This document shows positions 50,996-62,329 of a stretch of 64,000 nt of DNA, one piece after another. The DNA is from Octopus sinensis. Its lineage: Eukaryota. The notes under the pieces were generated by a model. The model was not told where the DNA came from. It ran no database searches and was given only the letters and a program-made list of their open reading frames with translations. The stretch lies in the NCBI RefSeq assembly GCF_006345805.1, contig NC_043005.1, forward strand, positions 93,620,001 through 93,684,000. The letters run 5' to 3'. How positions within the stretch are numbered: the first letter of the stretch is position 1; each line of letters begins with the position of its first letter. Both the position numbers and the translations under genes were made by a program.

Positions 50996-53900
50996 TATAG
51001 GTATGTATGCATATAAACCTGCTAACAAAATAAACAAACAGCCTCTTATTTGACTTTTTTGAGGGGTTTTTCTTTTTTTTGCTTGTTTGGAGGTTTTTTT
51101 TCTTTTGTTTTTTGGTGGAACTAAAATAGATGTATCTTATGATTCAGAAAATTCTCAAAATTGCTAAAACAATTTTAACTGGAATTTCAAGCCAACAACA
51201 ATTTTCTATTTATGGTTCAACTGATTCAATATTGGACTACTTCATGATCCTTGGAACCTAAAATGGAAAATATACAGATATATATTTATAAACTCACATA
51301 TGTATGTATTAATCTTACACATACACAGAATGTTTCTTAAATCTCTCGATAAATATTTAATAAAATACAGATCAGGATTGATGTTTTCCTAGAAAATTGC
51401 AATCAGCAAAGGAAAAGTAATCTTCAAGAAAAGGACCCCGCCTTTATAATTACATTTCTGGAAAAAAAAACCTTCTTTATTGTCTTTTCTAAAGACCGAC
51501 ATACAACAAATTGAGTGAATGCTATGAGACTTTAGGCAAATTTCTTAATTAATTAATAAGATTTTTAAATGCTTTTAAACACAAAAATAAGAGAAAAGTT
51601 TGTGCTTAAAAGTAACTAATGTATAAGTTTGTAAAACCCCTTCAAAACCGGATAAAGAATATAGTAATAAAAAAAATTGGGCAACAAATGAAAAAACTGT
51701 AAAAAATTTTTTTAATTTATAATTTTTCAAAAGAAATGACAAACCTTCAGCAAAAGGATCATATCTTTCAGGGGAAATAATCATCTGCCTACGAATAGCT
51801 CGATAGTCATCTTCTCTGTCAGCAATTCGGGCTGGCCGGTTATCAGCAAGAGGATCGTAATTCTGAAATATCAACAAAAAAAAAAATTTACAAGGAGGAA
51901 AAAGAAAGAAAAGAAAAAACTTTTATTATGCACGGTTTCCATCCTCATCGTTTTAATATGCATTTTTCGCCAAACCAAGTGAAATCATAGTTCAAGCCAG
52001 TGCATATAACACTAGAAAGATACCCACTACACTCTTGGAGTGGTTCGCATTAGGAAGGGCATCCAGCTGCAGAAACCAAGCTAAGCCAGACTGGAGTCTG
52101 GTACAGTTCTCCAGCTTACCAGTTCCAGACAAACCGCGTAACCCATGCCAGCACAGAAAATGGAGAGAATTTGCTGAGGTAGATTTTTCTACAATTGGAT
52201 GCCCCACCTGTCACTAACTTTCACTAGTTTCTAAGCAAGGTAATTAACAGGTGTTCAATCCTGGCTAGGTTTCACACAAATCAGCCAAATGTTTTGTTTA
52301 CCAATTTCTATATCAGACCAAATACTTGTTGGCTTAGCTCAGAACATCAGGAATATTTATCACCGAGGAGCCCAAACCAGGTTGGAACATCATGTCTGAC
52401 AATCAACCAGCATTCTGAGCAAATCCAGGAGCTTTTTTAACACAGAAGTCTCTTTGAGAAGTTTTTTTCTATGCAACAAAATATTACATGATACCATTCC
52501 ACATTTGTATAGACATTACGTTATATACAGAGCAATATATTTTAATCTAAGGCTGCTTCAAGTGCATGTATTAATTTTTAAAGAGTTCTGTTAATTGCAA
52601 TGTTTCCTTATTTGCTATGTTTACAAAAATCTATGGCTTACTGCCCTAAATAATAGCTATTCAAATCATACTGACAATTAACATGTAGAGTGTCTTGCTA
52701 AATAGTTAAAAAGGTCATAATGTTAAAAGGATTAAAGAGTTTTTTTTCTGTCTTCAACCATCACCTCTTTCAAAGTCCTCACTCCGTTATCTTGGACTAC
52801 ATCCAAAAATAATGACCACCCAACTAACTGGCATGGGGTTACTCATAAATAGATGAATATACAATTGAGGTATTGTTTTACAGTAAGATGCCCTTCCCAT
52901 AATTAATCCTTGCCTGCTTTTTAAGTAAGGGATTTCTTATTCCCCAAAGTGTCAAAGGTACAAAGGGAGCAGATGATTTGTTGACAAGAAAACTGACAAC
53001 ACCTCGCACCCATGTACAGCAACTTTCATACAGCAAGACATAGACAAACATACACACCTAATGGTCTTTTTCAGTTTCTGTCTACCAAGTCCTCTTTCAA
53101 GGCTTTGCTCAGCCTAGGGTTATAGTAGCAGACACTTGCTTAAGGTAGACTATGGCAAAACTGAACCTGAAGCCACATGGTTGGAAAGCAAACTTTTTAA
53201 GCACATAGCCCTACCTGAACCTATATCCTATATCTAACATGGTGTTTTGGGCATTTGGCAATAAACAACCTACTTAGTGAATATGAACAATATTTCTATG
53301 ATAATGCTCATATGCATGTATGCACATTATCACAGGCTAACATAGGTGAGTGAGATTGCTCTGCAATTAGGATCTATAAAGTGAATTGGTACAACAAGTA
53401 ACTTTACTGAATACAATTTAACTACATCAAGTCCTGGGTATGATTTGAAGCTGCATTTGGTAGTGGGGCCCTTGTTTGGGAGTTCTAGGGTTTTGAAGAG
53501 TATAGAACCACCTTTTAGCTACCATTGTTTGCAGGTCTACTCTGACCCAGAGTAATAACACCTGTCAGGGTCCCAACTACAGGTTAATTAGCTCCAGAAT
53601 AAGATCACTCACAGACATCCCAATGGATGCAGGGTAGCTAAAAATAAAAATCAAAACATAAGAACACAGACATGAAATGTACATCTTACCTTGTCATTTA
53701 ATGTGTCATTCAATAAATTCAATGGTGCGGTGAATGATGATTTCTTAGAATAAGATGGCTCCTCTTCCTCGTCCTATAAAGACAAAAACATATATTGTTT
53801 GTTTAACCATGAAGAAAGCTGCAGCGACAATCATCTACATCATCAAGAATGGAATGAGAGAAATAGCCAAGTCAATAAACAAAATAAGTGGTACCTCAGC

Positions 53901-54576
53901 ATTCCAAATTGAAATCTTGGTAATTAGCCTTTCATTTGTTTAGGATCGGTGAAAGAAGTACCAGAGAGATTCTTGGGTTGAAAGGAACACACTTCGAAGC
54001 AGTGTTGTCTACAAAGGACAGCTTACTTAATGCTGGTTGTGTGTTCTTTTATGCTTGCTAGTTAATTGCCTTTACCTAAACAGATCCCAAAACTGAAATG
54101 CAGAGTGACAGGACAAACACTGTAAAGCAGAACTCAAGAAGTCTGAACCAAGGGAATTGTAACCAACAGAGAATCAGTTTTATTGATGCTGCTAAGCTCT
54201 TCCTCACCATTTCTGTCATGCTAACGATGCACGCACTCAACCCACACAATCACAGCTTTTGTTCTGAGAATGTGTATTGATAAGATCAATTTCTACTGAA
54301 CAATAAATGGTTAATTTAACAACCTGTTCACTGATTAGAAAAAGATACCATTTATTAAGTTTTTTCAAGTTGAAAACAGAACAACAAATCTCTTTCTACT
54401 CACATCTTGATCTTCATTTGGAGCAATGGATGTAACATAACCTTCAAATTTACTTGAAGAAGATCCATAGATATCCGTGTCAAAATGGCCTTCAGCACCA
54501 AGACCAACACGTTCTCCATTATCTTGAAACAATGTATTCTTTTTTTGTTGAATAGTTCGAACTTGTTCTTCAATAT
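19303..54576 (-). CDS. SF3B1: Splicing factor 3B subunit 1 (SAP155), 20 coding exons in window; first coding exon upstream of window
   Basis: Spliced translation matches SF3B1 along its length: seven ULM Trp motifs (RWDETP etc.), p14-binding [16 protein letters not shown] repeats, C-terminal RYELDYML*. All 19 internal introns are GT-AG with consistent phases; summed length 4052 nt = 2 + 1350 codons including the stop. Confidence 0.99.
20756..20972 (-). CDS. SF3B1: SF3B1 exon (putative 20): [18 protein letters not shown]...ARILQYALQ
   Basis: ttgcag acceptor, gtaaga donor, 217 nt, phase 2-0. Confidence 0.98.
21770..22610 (+). mobile_element. RTE 3' end (ORF end + 3' UTR + (ATG)n)
   Basis: [16 protein letters not shown]...YAVREKT; tail ggacgttaaacgatgatgatg. 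Confidence 0.85.
22681..22860. repeat. Perfect 2 x 90-bp tandem duplication
   Basis: 22681-22770 is identical to 22771-22860. Confidence 0.95.
23381..23653 (-). CDS. SF3B1: SF3B1 exon (putative 19): [21 protein letters not shown]...[18 protein letters not shown]...DALMD(R)
   Basis: cttatag acceptor, gtaagg donor, 273 nt, phase 2-2. Confidence 0.98.
24491..24676 (-). CDS. SF3B1: SF3B1 exon (putative 18): (R)[19 protein letters not shown]...[21 protein letters not shown](G)
   Basis: tgccag acceptor, gtaggt donor, 186 nt, phase 2-2. Confidence 0.98.
25350..25528 (-). CDS. SF3B1: SF3B1 exon (putative 17): [24 protein letters not shown]...LTPILKN(R)
   Basis: ttgtag acceptor, gtaaga donor, 179 nt, phase 0-2. 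Confidence 0.98.
26020..26202 (-). CDS. SF3B1: SF3B1 exon (putative 16): [16 protein letters not shown]...AVVMKTCQE
   Basis: cattag acceptor, gtagat donor, 183 nt. Confidence 0.98.
27062..27283 (-). CDS. SF3B1: SF3B1 exon (putative 15): [13 protein letters not shown]...[11 protein letters not shown]
   Basis: tattag acceptor, gtaaat donor, 222 nt. Confidence 0.98.
27440..28925 (+). mobile_element. Decayed RTE LINE (RT to 3' tail)
   Basis: [38 protein letters not shown]; family tail. Confidence 0.9.
29234..29359 (-). CDS. SF3B1: SF3B1 exon (putative 14): [42 protein letters not shown]
   Basis: tgctag acceptor, gtaggc donor, 126 nt, phase 0-0. Confidence 0.98.
29671..29817 (-). CDS. SF3B1: SF3B1 exon (putative 13): [20 protein letters not shown]...EEMKKIVLK
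   Basis: tgacag acceptor, gttggt donor, 147 nt, phase 0-0. Confidence 0.98.
30050..30340 (+). mobile_element. CR1-type LINE 3' end with (ATT)n tail
   Basis: [20 protein letters not shown]....ASFK motif. Confidence 0.7.
30420..31560 (-). mobile_element. RTE LINE 3' portion, minus strand
   Basis: [18 protein letters not shown]...[14 protein letters not shown]; (ATG)n tail at 30425. Confidence 0.9.
32622..32767 (-). CDS. SF3B1: SF3B1 exon (putative 12): (G)[15 protein letters not shown]...KGIRQHRGK
   Basis: tgatag acceptor, gtaggt donor, 146 nt; K700 equivalent conserved. Confidence 0.98.
33209..33590 (+). mobile_element. Non-autonomous Helitron-like element
   Basis: 5' atataaagctgaagttgtctg after (TA)n; subterminal GC-rich hairpin cccgagcaacgccagg followed by tacta, a decayed CTAG-like end. 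Confidence 0.55.
33656..33926 (-). CDS. SF3B1: SF3B1 exon (putative 11): [14 protein letters not shown]...[13 protein letters not shown]...IIEH(G)
   Basis: tttcag acceptor, gtgagt donor, 271 nt; equivalents of human R625/H662/K666 conserved. Confidence 0.98.
34044..34310 (-). CDS. SF3B1: SF3B1 exon (putative 10): [21 protein letters not shown]...REIISNLAK
   Basis: ttttaag acceptor, gtgagt donor, 267 nt. Confidence 0.98.
35204..35305 (-). CDS. SF3B1: SF3B1 exon (putative 9): [34 protein letters not shown]
   Basis: ctgtcag acceptor, gtaaaa donor, 102 nt. Confidence 0.97.
35739..35939 (-). CDS. SF3B1: SF3B1 exon (putative 8): [18 protein letters not shown]...[13 protein letters not shown]
   Basis: ttttcag acceptor, gtaaga donor, 201 nt. 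Confidence 0.97.
36643..36813. mobile_element. piggyBac-type MITE (TTAA-flanked)
   Basis: TTAA-CCCTTTAG ... (c)ttaatgg-TTAA; related ends (tatcaaaagg(g/a)ttaa) near 29020, 34795 and 36875. Confidence 0.55.
36976..37436 (-). CDS. SF3B1: SF3B1 exon (putative 7): (E)[12 protein letters not shown]...(MTPGG)n...[20 protein letters not shown]
   Basis: tttacag acceptor, gttatt donor, 461 nt, phase 1-0. Confidence 0.97.
38026..38482 (-). CDS. SF3B1: SF3B1 exon (putative 6): [12 protein letters not shown]...poly-Ala...KRRRWDQ...[13 protein letters not shown]
   Basis: ttccag acceptor, gtaatt donor, 457 nt; ULM motifs. Confidence 0.97.
38600..39510 (+). mobile_element. Decayed RTE LINE 3' portion
   Basis: [47 protein letters not shown]. 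Confidence 0.85.
40233..40312 (-). CDS. SF3B1: SF3B1 exon (putative 5): (G)[26 protein letters not shown]
   Basis: ttttcag acceptor, gtaggt donor, 80 nt, phase 1-0. Confidence 0.95.
43691..44467 (+). mobile_element. Decayed maT (DD37D)-like Tc1/mariner element
   Basis: TA-CAGGGTG ... CACCCTG-TA ends; remnants of QQD.APC.TS and [14 protein letters not shown]. Confidence 0.65.
45037..45201 (-). other. SF3B1: Candidate poison/decoy cassette exon in the large SF3B1 intron
   Basis: TACTAAT branch point at 45230-45224, pyrimidine tract, TAG acceptor; in-frame TAA at 45095-45097; possible donor AG|GTGATT at 45037/45036. Confidence 0.35.
47850..48870 (+). mobile_element. Decayed Tc1 (DD34E) transposase
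   Basis: [54 protein letters not shown]. Confidence 0.85.
49190..50275. mobile_element. RTE 3' fragments in both orientations, SINE fragment and microsatellites
   Basis: Family tails at 49195 (minus), 49960 (plus) and 50265 (plus). Confidence 0.7.
51745..51862 (-). CDS. SF3B1: SF3B1 exon (putative 4): [20 protein letters not shown]...ERYDPFAE(G)
   Basis: tttcag acceptor, gtttgt donor, 118 nt, phase 0-1. Confidence 0.96.
53690..53773 (-). CDS. SF3B1: SF3B1 exon (putative 3): [28 protein letters not shown]
   Basis: tttatag acceptor, gtaaga donor, 84 nt; aligns with human KKPGYHAPVALLND. Confidence 0.9.
54404..54576 (-). CDS. SF3B1: SF3B1 exon (putative 2): (D)[12 protein letters not shown]...[15 protein letters not shown]
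   Basis: ttgcag acceptor, gtgagt donor, 173 nt, phase 1-0; similar to human DIEAQIREIQGKK...FAGYVTSIA. Confidence 0.93.
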
Positions 54577-56318
54577 CTGCAATGAATAGTGATAAATAAG
54601 GTTTAACAAAACTGACAACTATACCCTTTACATTTACTTTTCAACAAGGTTTACTAATACAGAATCTGACACAGGCACTTAACATCATTTATTATTCCAC
54701 TTTTCTATGCTAGCACACACACTGGACAAGTTGTTGTTATCCAGTTACTGTCTTCTTTGGTAGTTTCATCACTTCTCACTCCTATCTTCCAGTTTGGACA
54801 ATTTCCTATTACCAACCACTTAACTGAATAAAGTGGGTTCACTTTATTATGGCACCAGCACTAGAAATTGGCTTGCTACTCAGCAAGATTAAAGAGATAT
54901 CTTTATTCTCATTTCCATTCATTCACTGGAAGCTGTGAAATTGTCTCACTCCAAGGGACACCCCCCCACTGTTCTTTCAGTTATAACCATTCCTTCATTC
55001 ATTTCTTTCATTTCCATACTACTGAATGAGATGAGATCCAGAGTAATAGAGTTATAAAAGAGAAAGAAGGTGATAGATAAATATAGATATGTGTATTTGT
55101 GTGTATATTTAAATCTTACATATGTCTGCATATGTATGTATCTATGTATATCCATCTGTGTATTTGGATGTATATGTATATTGATGGTTTAGTATGCATA
55201 TATACTGTTGTAACATATTTATGTTATGCAGCATGAAAATTTTAATTTTAATTTTTTAATGTATTAATTGTATTAATCGAATTATATTTCATATATAATT
55301 ATTTGCAATACGTATTTTGAATCCGTTCTTCGATTTAAGGTTTTTCCTTGATTTTTATAATAGGATGAATTTATATTGAATTCATTTATTTTGTTCATTG
55401 CATGCTCAAGACTGCTAATGGAAAGGACCGATGAAACAAATCCATTTTTAAAGGTGTATCCTTTAACTAGTTTTGATCATATCAGTATTTCTGTTCTATT
55501 TTAACAAATCTGTCCAACAAACGGGAACATGAAACTCTGAGTAACAGCTTTTGTTATATTTGTGCTGCTTTTAAATAAAGGATATCACTCTACCTCTGGT
55601 ATTACTCTTCTTTTCCACCTTGTTTCACATTTATGTGCTTACTCCAGTGTGCATATGTATGTATGTGTGTGTATATATATATATATATATTATATATATA
55701 CACACACATACATAGACATACATATACACATACATATGACTATGTAACCTACAGCTTCTGTACCTCTAACCGTTTGTCAAGTTTATCCCTCTACTTAAAC
55801 TGCAGTTATGCCACTAGGTATCTGTAACCAACAAAAGATTGCATGTTTGTAAATGTATTTGTGTGCCATGTATTTGGTGTCAATCAACTACAAAAACCTT
55901 CACCATCTTTACCATAATCCTATCACTGCTTGTCAATTTCAATATTCCTCTGTTGACTTGTCACATGAATTTTATAAACTTCTGCAAAAATGTGAATTCT
56001 TTTTTGGAACATTGGTTCTTGAAACACATAAAGCTGTAAATAATAGCATGTAAACATTGGGTCAAGAAATAGCTTTTCAATAGAAAAATCTGAAGGCAGC
56101 CCTCAAATCTTTCTAATCAAAAGGGTTTTACAACTCGGTATTTCTCTTGACTGGAGAAATCAACCACCTAACATTTATATTGTTTATTATTATACAGAGA
56201 TTAGTTTGAACATTTAATAATTTCATGTCCAGCTTCTCACTTACAAAAATAGATTTTGGCAATATTCTTGATGGTCTTTCTTACTAAACTCTATAAACTG
56301 TTGTATTTATTTAAAATA

Positions 56319-56981
56319 TTAGGTTGTCAAGAAAGTTCTTGCAGAATTTATAATTTTGGTTTTATTTTCGTTAAATTACTTTGACTTTATCATTTTAAAG
56401 CCCGTTTTTCGCTCTATCTAATCATGTTACTCTTTTTCTTTTTGAATAATTAGGCCATTTTTCCAGAACATTGGACAAAAAGCACAATTTTCTTATTCCA
56501 GTTCAAGCTAGGCCGAAAAGCTGCTAGGCGAAACCATTACGGCGGAGAAGTACTGTCAACATATGGATGAAATACATAAGAAACTCCAACAACAACAGCC
56601 AAAAGGACCAATTCTTCTCCGCGATAATGCTCAGCTGCACGCCGCACAACTGACCCTGCAGAAGTTGAACGAATCGGGCTACAAAACTCTGCCTCATCCG
56701 CCATACTCACCTACCTATTACCACTTTTTCAAGCATCTCGATAACTTCCTGTGTGAGAAATGTTTCAAGAACAAAGACGATGCCAAACACACCTTCAACG
56801 ACTTCATCGCCACCAGACCGCAGCATTTTTATGCTACTGGCATAAATAAACTTGTTTCATGTTGGCAAAAGTGTGTTGATTCTGATGTTGTTTATTTCGA
56901 TTAATAAAGTTTTGTTTGCGCCGAGATATGTGCATCTGAATTTAAAGGTTAAAAACTGCAAGAACTTTCTTGACAACCTAA
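56319..56981 (+). mobile_element. Internally deleted mariner element (Hsmar1/cecropia-like)
   Basis: TIR TTAGGTTGTCAAGAAAGTTCTTGCAG at both ends, TA TSD; LL.DNA..H...HPPYSP.YYHFFKHLDNFL...GINKLVS.WQKCVDS.G/V.YFD. Confidence 0.92.
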
Positions 56982-57384
56982 TAGAAGTAGAACCAGACAT
57001 AGTAGCTGTGTTTAATAACAGGGAATTTATCAAAATGGAACTGATCTAATCTACAAATCTATAAATGGAATTGTTGCAGTTATATCAAATGACCATAAGA
57101 AATAGTTCATGAAGAAGTATACAAAAAAAAATCTGACAACCCTGTAGATAGCAAAAGAAGTAACCCCTCCACCAAAACCCCACCCGCCTTATATTGCATC
57201 ACTAACTTAGTACTTAAATGTAAACCAACAGCTGTAGAATGTGTGACTTTTAATCTCAATTTATGTTACCAAGGTTGACTTTCATTTGTTTATGGTCAAT
57301 AAAATATAAGTGAGATCATGAGTTAAATAGTTAAAAAGCAAAACTATATTTAGCAAACCGAAACAAAGTATATATCATGTAGGC

Positions 57385-57716
57385 ATAGGAGTGGCTGTGT
57401 GGTAAGTAGCTTGCTTACAAACCACATGGTTCCGGGTTCAGTCCCACTGTGTGGCATCTTGGGCCGACCAAAGCTTTGTGAGTGGATTTGGTAGATGGAA
57501 ACTGAAAGTCCATTGTACATATATATATATATGTATGCATGTTTGTGTGTCTGTGCTTGATCCCCCCCCCCAACATTGCTTGACAAAAGAGACTGATAGA
57601 ATAAGTACTAGGCTTACAAAGAATAAGTCCTGGGGTTGATTTGCTTGACTCAAGGCGGTGCTCCAGCATGGCCACAGTCAAATGACAAACAAGTAAAGGA
57701 GTAAAGAGAGTATTCA
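57385..57716 (+). mobile_element. Full-length tRNA-derived SINE with CR1-like 3' tail
   Basis: ggagtggctgtgtggtaag...ggttcagtcc head; tail ggtgctccagcatggccacag...aaacaagtaaa. Confidence 0.85.
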
Positions 57717-58339
57717 ATCATGTACCATCTCACACAGACAAACACAAAAACCATGTAGTTATGAAATCAATTAAACGACTTTGTACTTGGTCCTTTAGAG
57801 CAAGGCTTATAGCCTACGATTTAGAGGACAAAGCAACAAATCAGACCTTTTAAAATTAAGACAGCAATATATTCCACTATATATAAGGCAATCACAAAAA
57901 TAGTTATTAAAAAATTCTACTAGAGAAAAAAACCTATATAGTGTTATTTCCAAGAAATGCCATTTTATTAAATTTTAAACCAAAGGGAATGTAGTTTTCT
58001 ATTTTGATCTCTCTCATATAGCATCTAATATGACATTTAAATTTTCTTTTTTTTTTTTTTTTTTGAAATGTCAAAAGCCCACAAACTGATTTGCAGCACA
58101 TTTCAAGAACAAGAATTTTCATTTAGCATAAAGTTTTCTTTTTATTAAGAACTATTACAACTAACATGTGTAATAGATATACAAACAAACATAAGCATAT
58201 ATGTAATAGGTATAGGTAGGAGTGTGTGGTTAAGAAGCATCAGTTTTATTGACCTCTGGGTCAATAAAAGCCTTGTGAGTGAATTTGATAAATGGAAACT
58301 GTGTGGAAGCTCAAGGTGTGTGGTGTGTGTGTCAGCAAG

Positions 58340-59535
58340 CCCTTGCAAGACCCCTGCAGCTTCTTTTTTCAGAGCTTCCTTGCAAGTGGTAAGCTCCCAA
58401 GCAAACTGAAGAAGGGAATAATTTGCCCCTTTCATAAAGGGGGAAGCAGAGTAGATGCTAAAAACTGTAGGCCTATCTCTTTGACCTCACACATCAGCAA
58501 ACTCCTGGAACGAATAGTCCCAAGGAAACAAACTGCATTCCTTAAAATGAATGACTTGCTGACTGCCTGACACAGCTCTTGCAACATTACGACTGGGTGT
58601 TCAAGCAGCTGCTCAACAACTCAAATGTGGATGTGATGTACCTCGACTTTGCAAAAGCCTTTGATAAAGTTGACCATGGTATGATATGCCATTAGCTGTA
58701 TAATCTCAGCATAGTCAGAAAAACTTGGAGCATGGCTATCCTAGAAGATAGAAGTCAGGTAGTGGTGGGCCAACGAGACTACCTCCTAGGAAATGCAAAT
58801 AATGAGTGATATCCCAGAAGGCACTGTTTTGGAGCCACTGCTATTCATAGAGGCCCTTTCAGACATGCCCTCAGCTGCTCAGATAACTACCTTCGCTAGC
58901 TATGCAGAAGATGGAAAAGTCTCTGAGGATACAGAACCTTGGAGATGTACACTGCAAATTGGTCTACTGCTCCCAACTATGGTCCCTACAGATGTGTGTA
59001 ACACATCTGAAGCAATCCAGTACCAATTCACAAAGAAGATTGACTCAATGCAAAAGATGGGCTACTGAGAGAGGCTAATGGAGCTCAGTCTCTATTCCCT
59101 GGAGAGAAGATGAGAGAGATATGCGGTGATATATATTTGGAAGATCGTGGAGGGTTCAGCTCACAATATTTGGAATTAACTGTTATACCAATCCTTGAAC
59201 TGGACAGTACTGCATCATATCAAAGACACCATCTTCCCCCACCTAAAATAAGGACACAGTACAGCAATAGTCTTGTTTTCAAGGACCCGCAATTGTTCAA
59301 CATCATTACAGGTAACCTTGGATATCTATATGATGTTGATGTGGAAGTTTTCAAGGAACATCTGGACAGATTCATGTCTGAGATGCCAGATGAAACCACA
59401 TCAAGGCAGAAGACACAAAGTAGAGCAGCTCTGTCCAACTCGCTACTTCACCAAAAACGATATTGGAAACAATACCAAGTAACTACAGATACTGCACCAG
59501 CAGGACCTCAGCTCTGGGCTGAAACAAGTAAAAGA
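58340..59535 (+). mobile_element. Decayed CR1 LINE (RT to 3' end)
   Basis: HKGGSR.DAKNCRPISLTSHISKLLE, YLDFAKAFDKVDHG, PEGTVL.PLLF; tail ctgaaacaagtaaaaga. Confidence 0.85.
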
Positions 59536-59654
59536 TATATATATATAAATAAAAACTTACTTGGAGAAGAGAAAACAACGCGTGCGTTCAGTCATATAAT
59601 AACAATTTAATAAATAAAACATAAGCATATATACATACATATATGTACATACCT

Positions 59655-62150
59655 AGTTAGTTAGTTAGTTAGTTAATTTATGGCTCAAAAAGCAAAAAGC
59701 AAGGCCATGGAGTTATGTGGTGTTCATGTAAAGAGTTCAGGCCATTTCTGAGCAGTTGTCGGCATCTTCACCATCTCATCCGGCAGCTTATTCCAAGGAT
59801 CCGCAACCCGGACGGAGAAAGCCCCTCTCCTTCGATTAAGATGAAATCGTCGCAGATAGAGCTTTTCGGAGTGACTCCACAGCCGACGCCCTGGAGCAGG
59901 AGTGAAGAACAGCTCTTTCGAGAGGTTACACTTTCCGCTTATGATGTTGTGAGCAAGAATGAAATCACCACGGTGTCGTCGTTTTTCTAGAGAATAAAGG
60001 TCGAGCGTCTTCAGCCTTTCTTCATAAGACAAATTCTTGAGACCAAGAACCATGCGGGTAGCCAGCTTCTGGACTCTTTCGAGATGTTGTATGTCTTTGA
60101 GGAGATAAGGAGAAGAGGCTTGAATCCCGTACTCCAATATGGGTCTCACCAGCGTGACATAAAGCGGTAGGAATATGGCCGCTGTGAGCATTCCGAATGA
60201 CCGTCGAATGAAGAACAGAACTCTACGTGCTTTGTTGGCAGCATGGATACCCAGGTCCTTTACCTGGTTGGTCCTCTCCAGCAACAGACGACCCAGCTCG
60301 AAATCAAGTTGAGTTGCAGGAGGAGAGCCAACAGGCAGACGACAGCACTTTGACACGTTCAGACACAGGTCCCATTCGTTAGACCATCTCCAAATTTGGT
60401 GGAGGCATCAACGAAGATCCTCTATATCACCACGAGGAGCGACCAGTTTGACATCGTCGGCAAATAGAAGGGTGTGTTGCGTGAGGTCGTCGAGCAAGTC
60501 ATTTATAAAGACTAAGAACAATAAGGGCCCAAGCACTGAACCTTGAGGCACGCCACTGCTCGCACTGGAGACGTCGGACAGCGAACCATTAACTTGGACT
60601 TGGAAGGAGCGATCTGAGCGGAAGGCACCAACCCATCGTACAATATCCGGATGAAAACTATATGCTTGAAGCTTGACAAGTAATAGGTGGTGGTTTACCA
60701 AGTCAAAAGCTTTGGCAAAGTCCAATAAAACGATGTCAACAGCATCACCATCATCGAGGATGCGCGTCACCAATTCTTCCATTACCAGTAAGTTGGTCAA
60801 GCATGATCTCTTCGGCACGAAGCTGTGTTGGGAATCAGAGATAGAGGCTGTGTTTTGGAGGTGGAGCATCATACTTTTCTTAAGGATGGTTTCGAACATC
60901 TTGCTGATTATTGAAGTAAGGGAAACCGGTTGGTAGTTAAGTGGGTCTTCACGGCTCCCTTTCTTGCAAATTGGGCAGATTATCGCTGTTCTCCAGTCCG
61001 CAGGTATAACACCCGTCGCCAATGACATATTGAATAGACGTGTTAAAGGCTCGCAGATGACCAGAACTAACGCTTTGATAACCCATGTATGCTGTCAGGG
61101 CCGTGACCCTTGTTGACATCGAGGCCTTGAATAACGCGTTCTACTTCGTTCCGCGTGATGACCAATCGAAGCATTGGAGGTACCGATCTATCAAATAGAG
61201 GGGGTTCACGACCATCATCTTGTTTGAAAATAGTTGAAAAAGCCTCAGCAAATAATTGACTGTTGATAAGGGTCCTCAATCGATACGCCTGTTGAGTCTA
61301 CCAACGTTGCAATTTGGTTGTTCAAGCAGGAATTCCGTTGGACATGGGCAAAGAAGGTTTTTGGATTGCGACTGGCGTTTGCCGCAATTCTGTATTCATA
61401 TCTGTAGCGTTCTTCCTTTTCAATTTTCACGGCTCGGTCTCGTTGAGTTTTGTACACCTCAAAAGCTGCAGTCGAATCTAGATTTTTGAATTCAGCCCAA
61501 GCAATATCTCTGAGTATCTGAAGAGGGCATAGACCTGTAGGTGGATTTCCGAGTCCTTTACTGCTGGAGTCAGCCAAGTCTCAGTGATATCTATCACATC
61601 AGGGGAATAACGCATGGCCAGTGTAAATAGTTCGCTGAACTTTGGAAAAAAGGAGCATGAGTTGGTATAGACGATGCTGAGCTGTGAAGTTTGAGGGGCA
61701 GGAATTGGGGAACAAGCAGAATAAGGGGTATCAGAGATAGCATCGTTGTCGGGGGTATCTACTTTACTTCGATTTGCCCTCGATTCACTTTCCCTGTCAG
61801 CACTACAGCATGCGACCTGAGGTAGGACTTGATTATTTGTCCATTTGGGATGCATAAACCTTTATCACCCATCTGTTTTCTCATCTTCAGTTCGGATATT
61901 AAGTTTCTCCGGCGAATTCTCTCTCTCAGTGAGTATTCCTCACAAAAACCCATATTGGGGTCCTCCCAGGCATGCATCTGAGCTCTGTTCAGAAAGGTTG
62001 AAGCCTCCTGATCGGAAGAAAAGATTACATCTATATGTATATATACATCCATATATGAGTACAGGACACCACAAATAAACGTAGAACACAACGAGAAACG
62101 AAAACATAAAATCAAACGAAAAAACAGAGTACAGGACAAACAATACAAGG
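59655..62150 (-). mobile_element. CR1 LINE with ORF1 end, APE start and RT, internally deleted; (TAAC)n tail
   Basis: VYTNSCS...ITETWL (APE); NYQPVSLTS, LDFAKAFD, GVPQGSVLGPLLF, LFADDVKL (RT); PILEY...LERVQKLATR, YEERL..LDLYSLEKRR.RGD. Confidence 0.92.
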
Positions 62151-62329
62151 AAAACTCTCCTTCATCAGCTGCCCCTGGTTCGACTCAATGCGTATATATA
62201 TATATATATACATACATATATACCTACATACATTCATATATACATGTGTGTATATATATATATATACACACATATATATATATATATACATACCTACATA
62301 AGTATACATATACATACATTATATATATT

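Noticed and set aside
19462-54403. Intronic C/D or H/ACA snoRNAs and U12-type introns in SF3B1
   Set aside because: Several C-box-like hits (e.g. 24924, 29051, 36363) lack a correctly spaced CTGA or terminal stem. No U12 donor (RTATCCTT) was seen. Only a covariance-model search would be decisive.
59556-59595. ATG...CAA|GTAAGT on minus as SF3B1 exon 1
   Set aside because: The ATG frame ends in phase 2 while the next exon needs phase 1, and the peptide (MTERTRCFLFS) does not resemble MAKIAKTHE. At most it is a non-coding exon.
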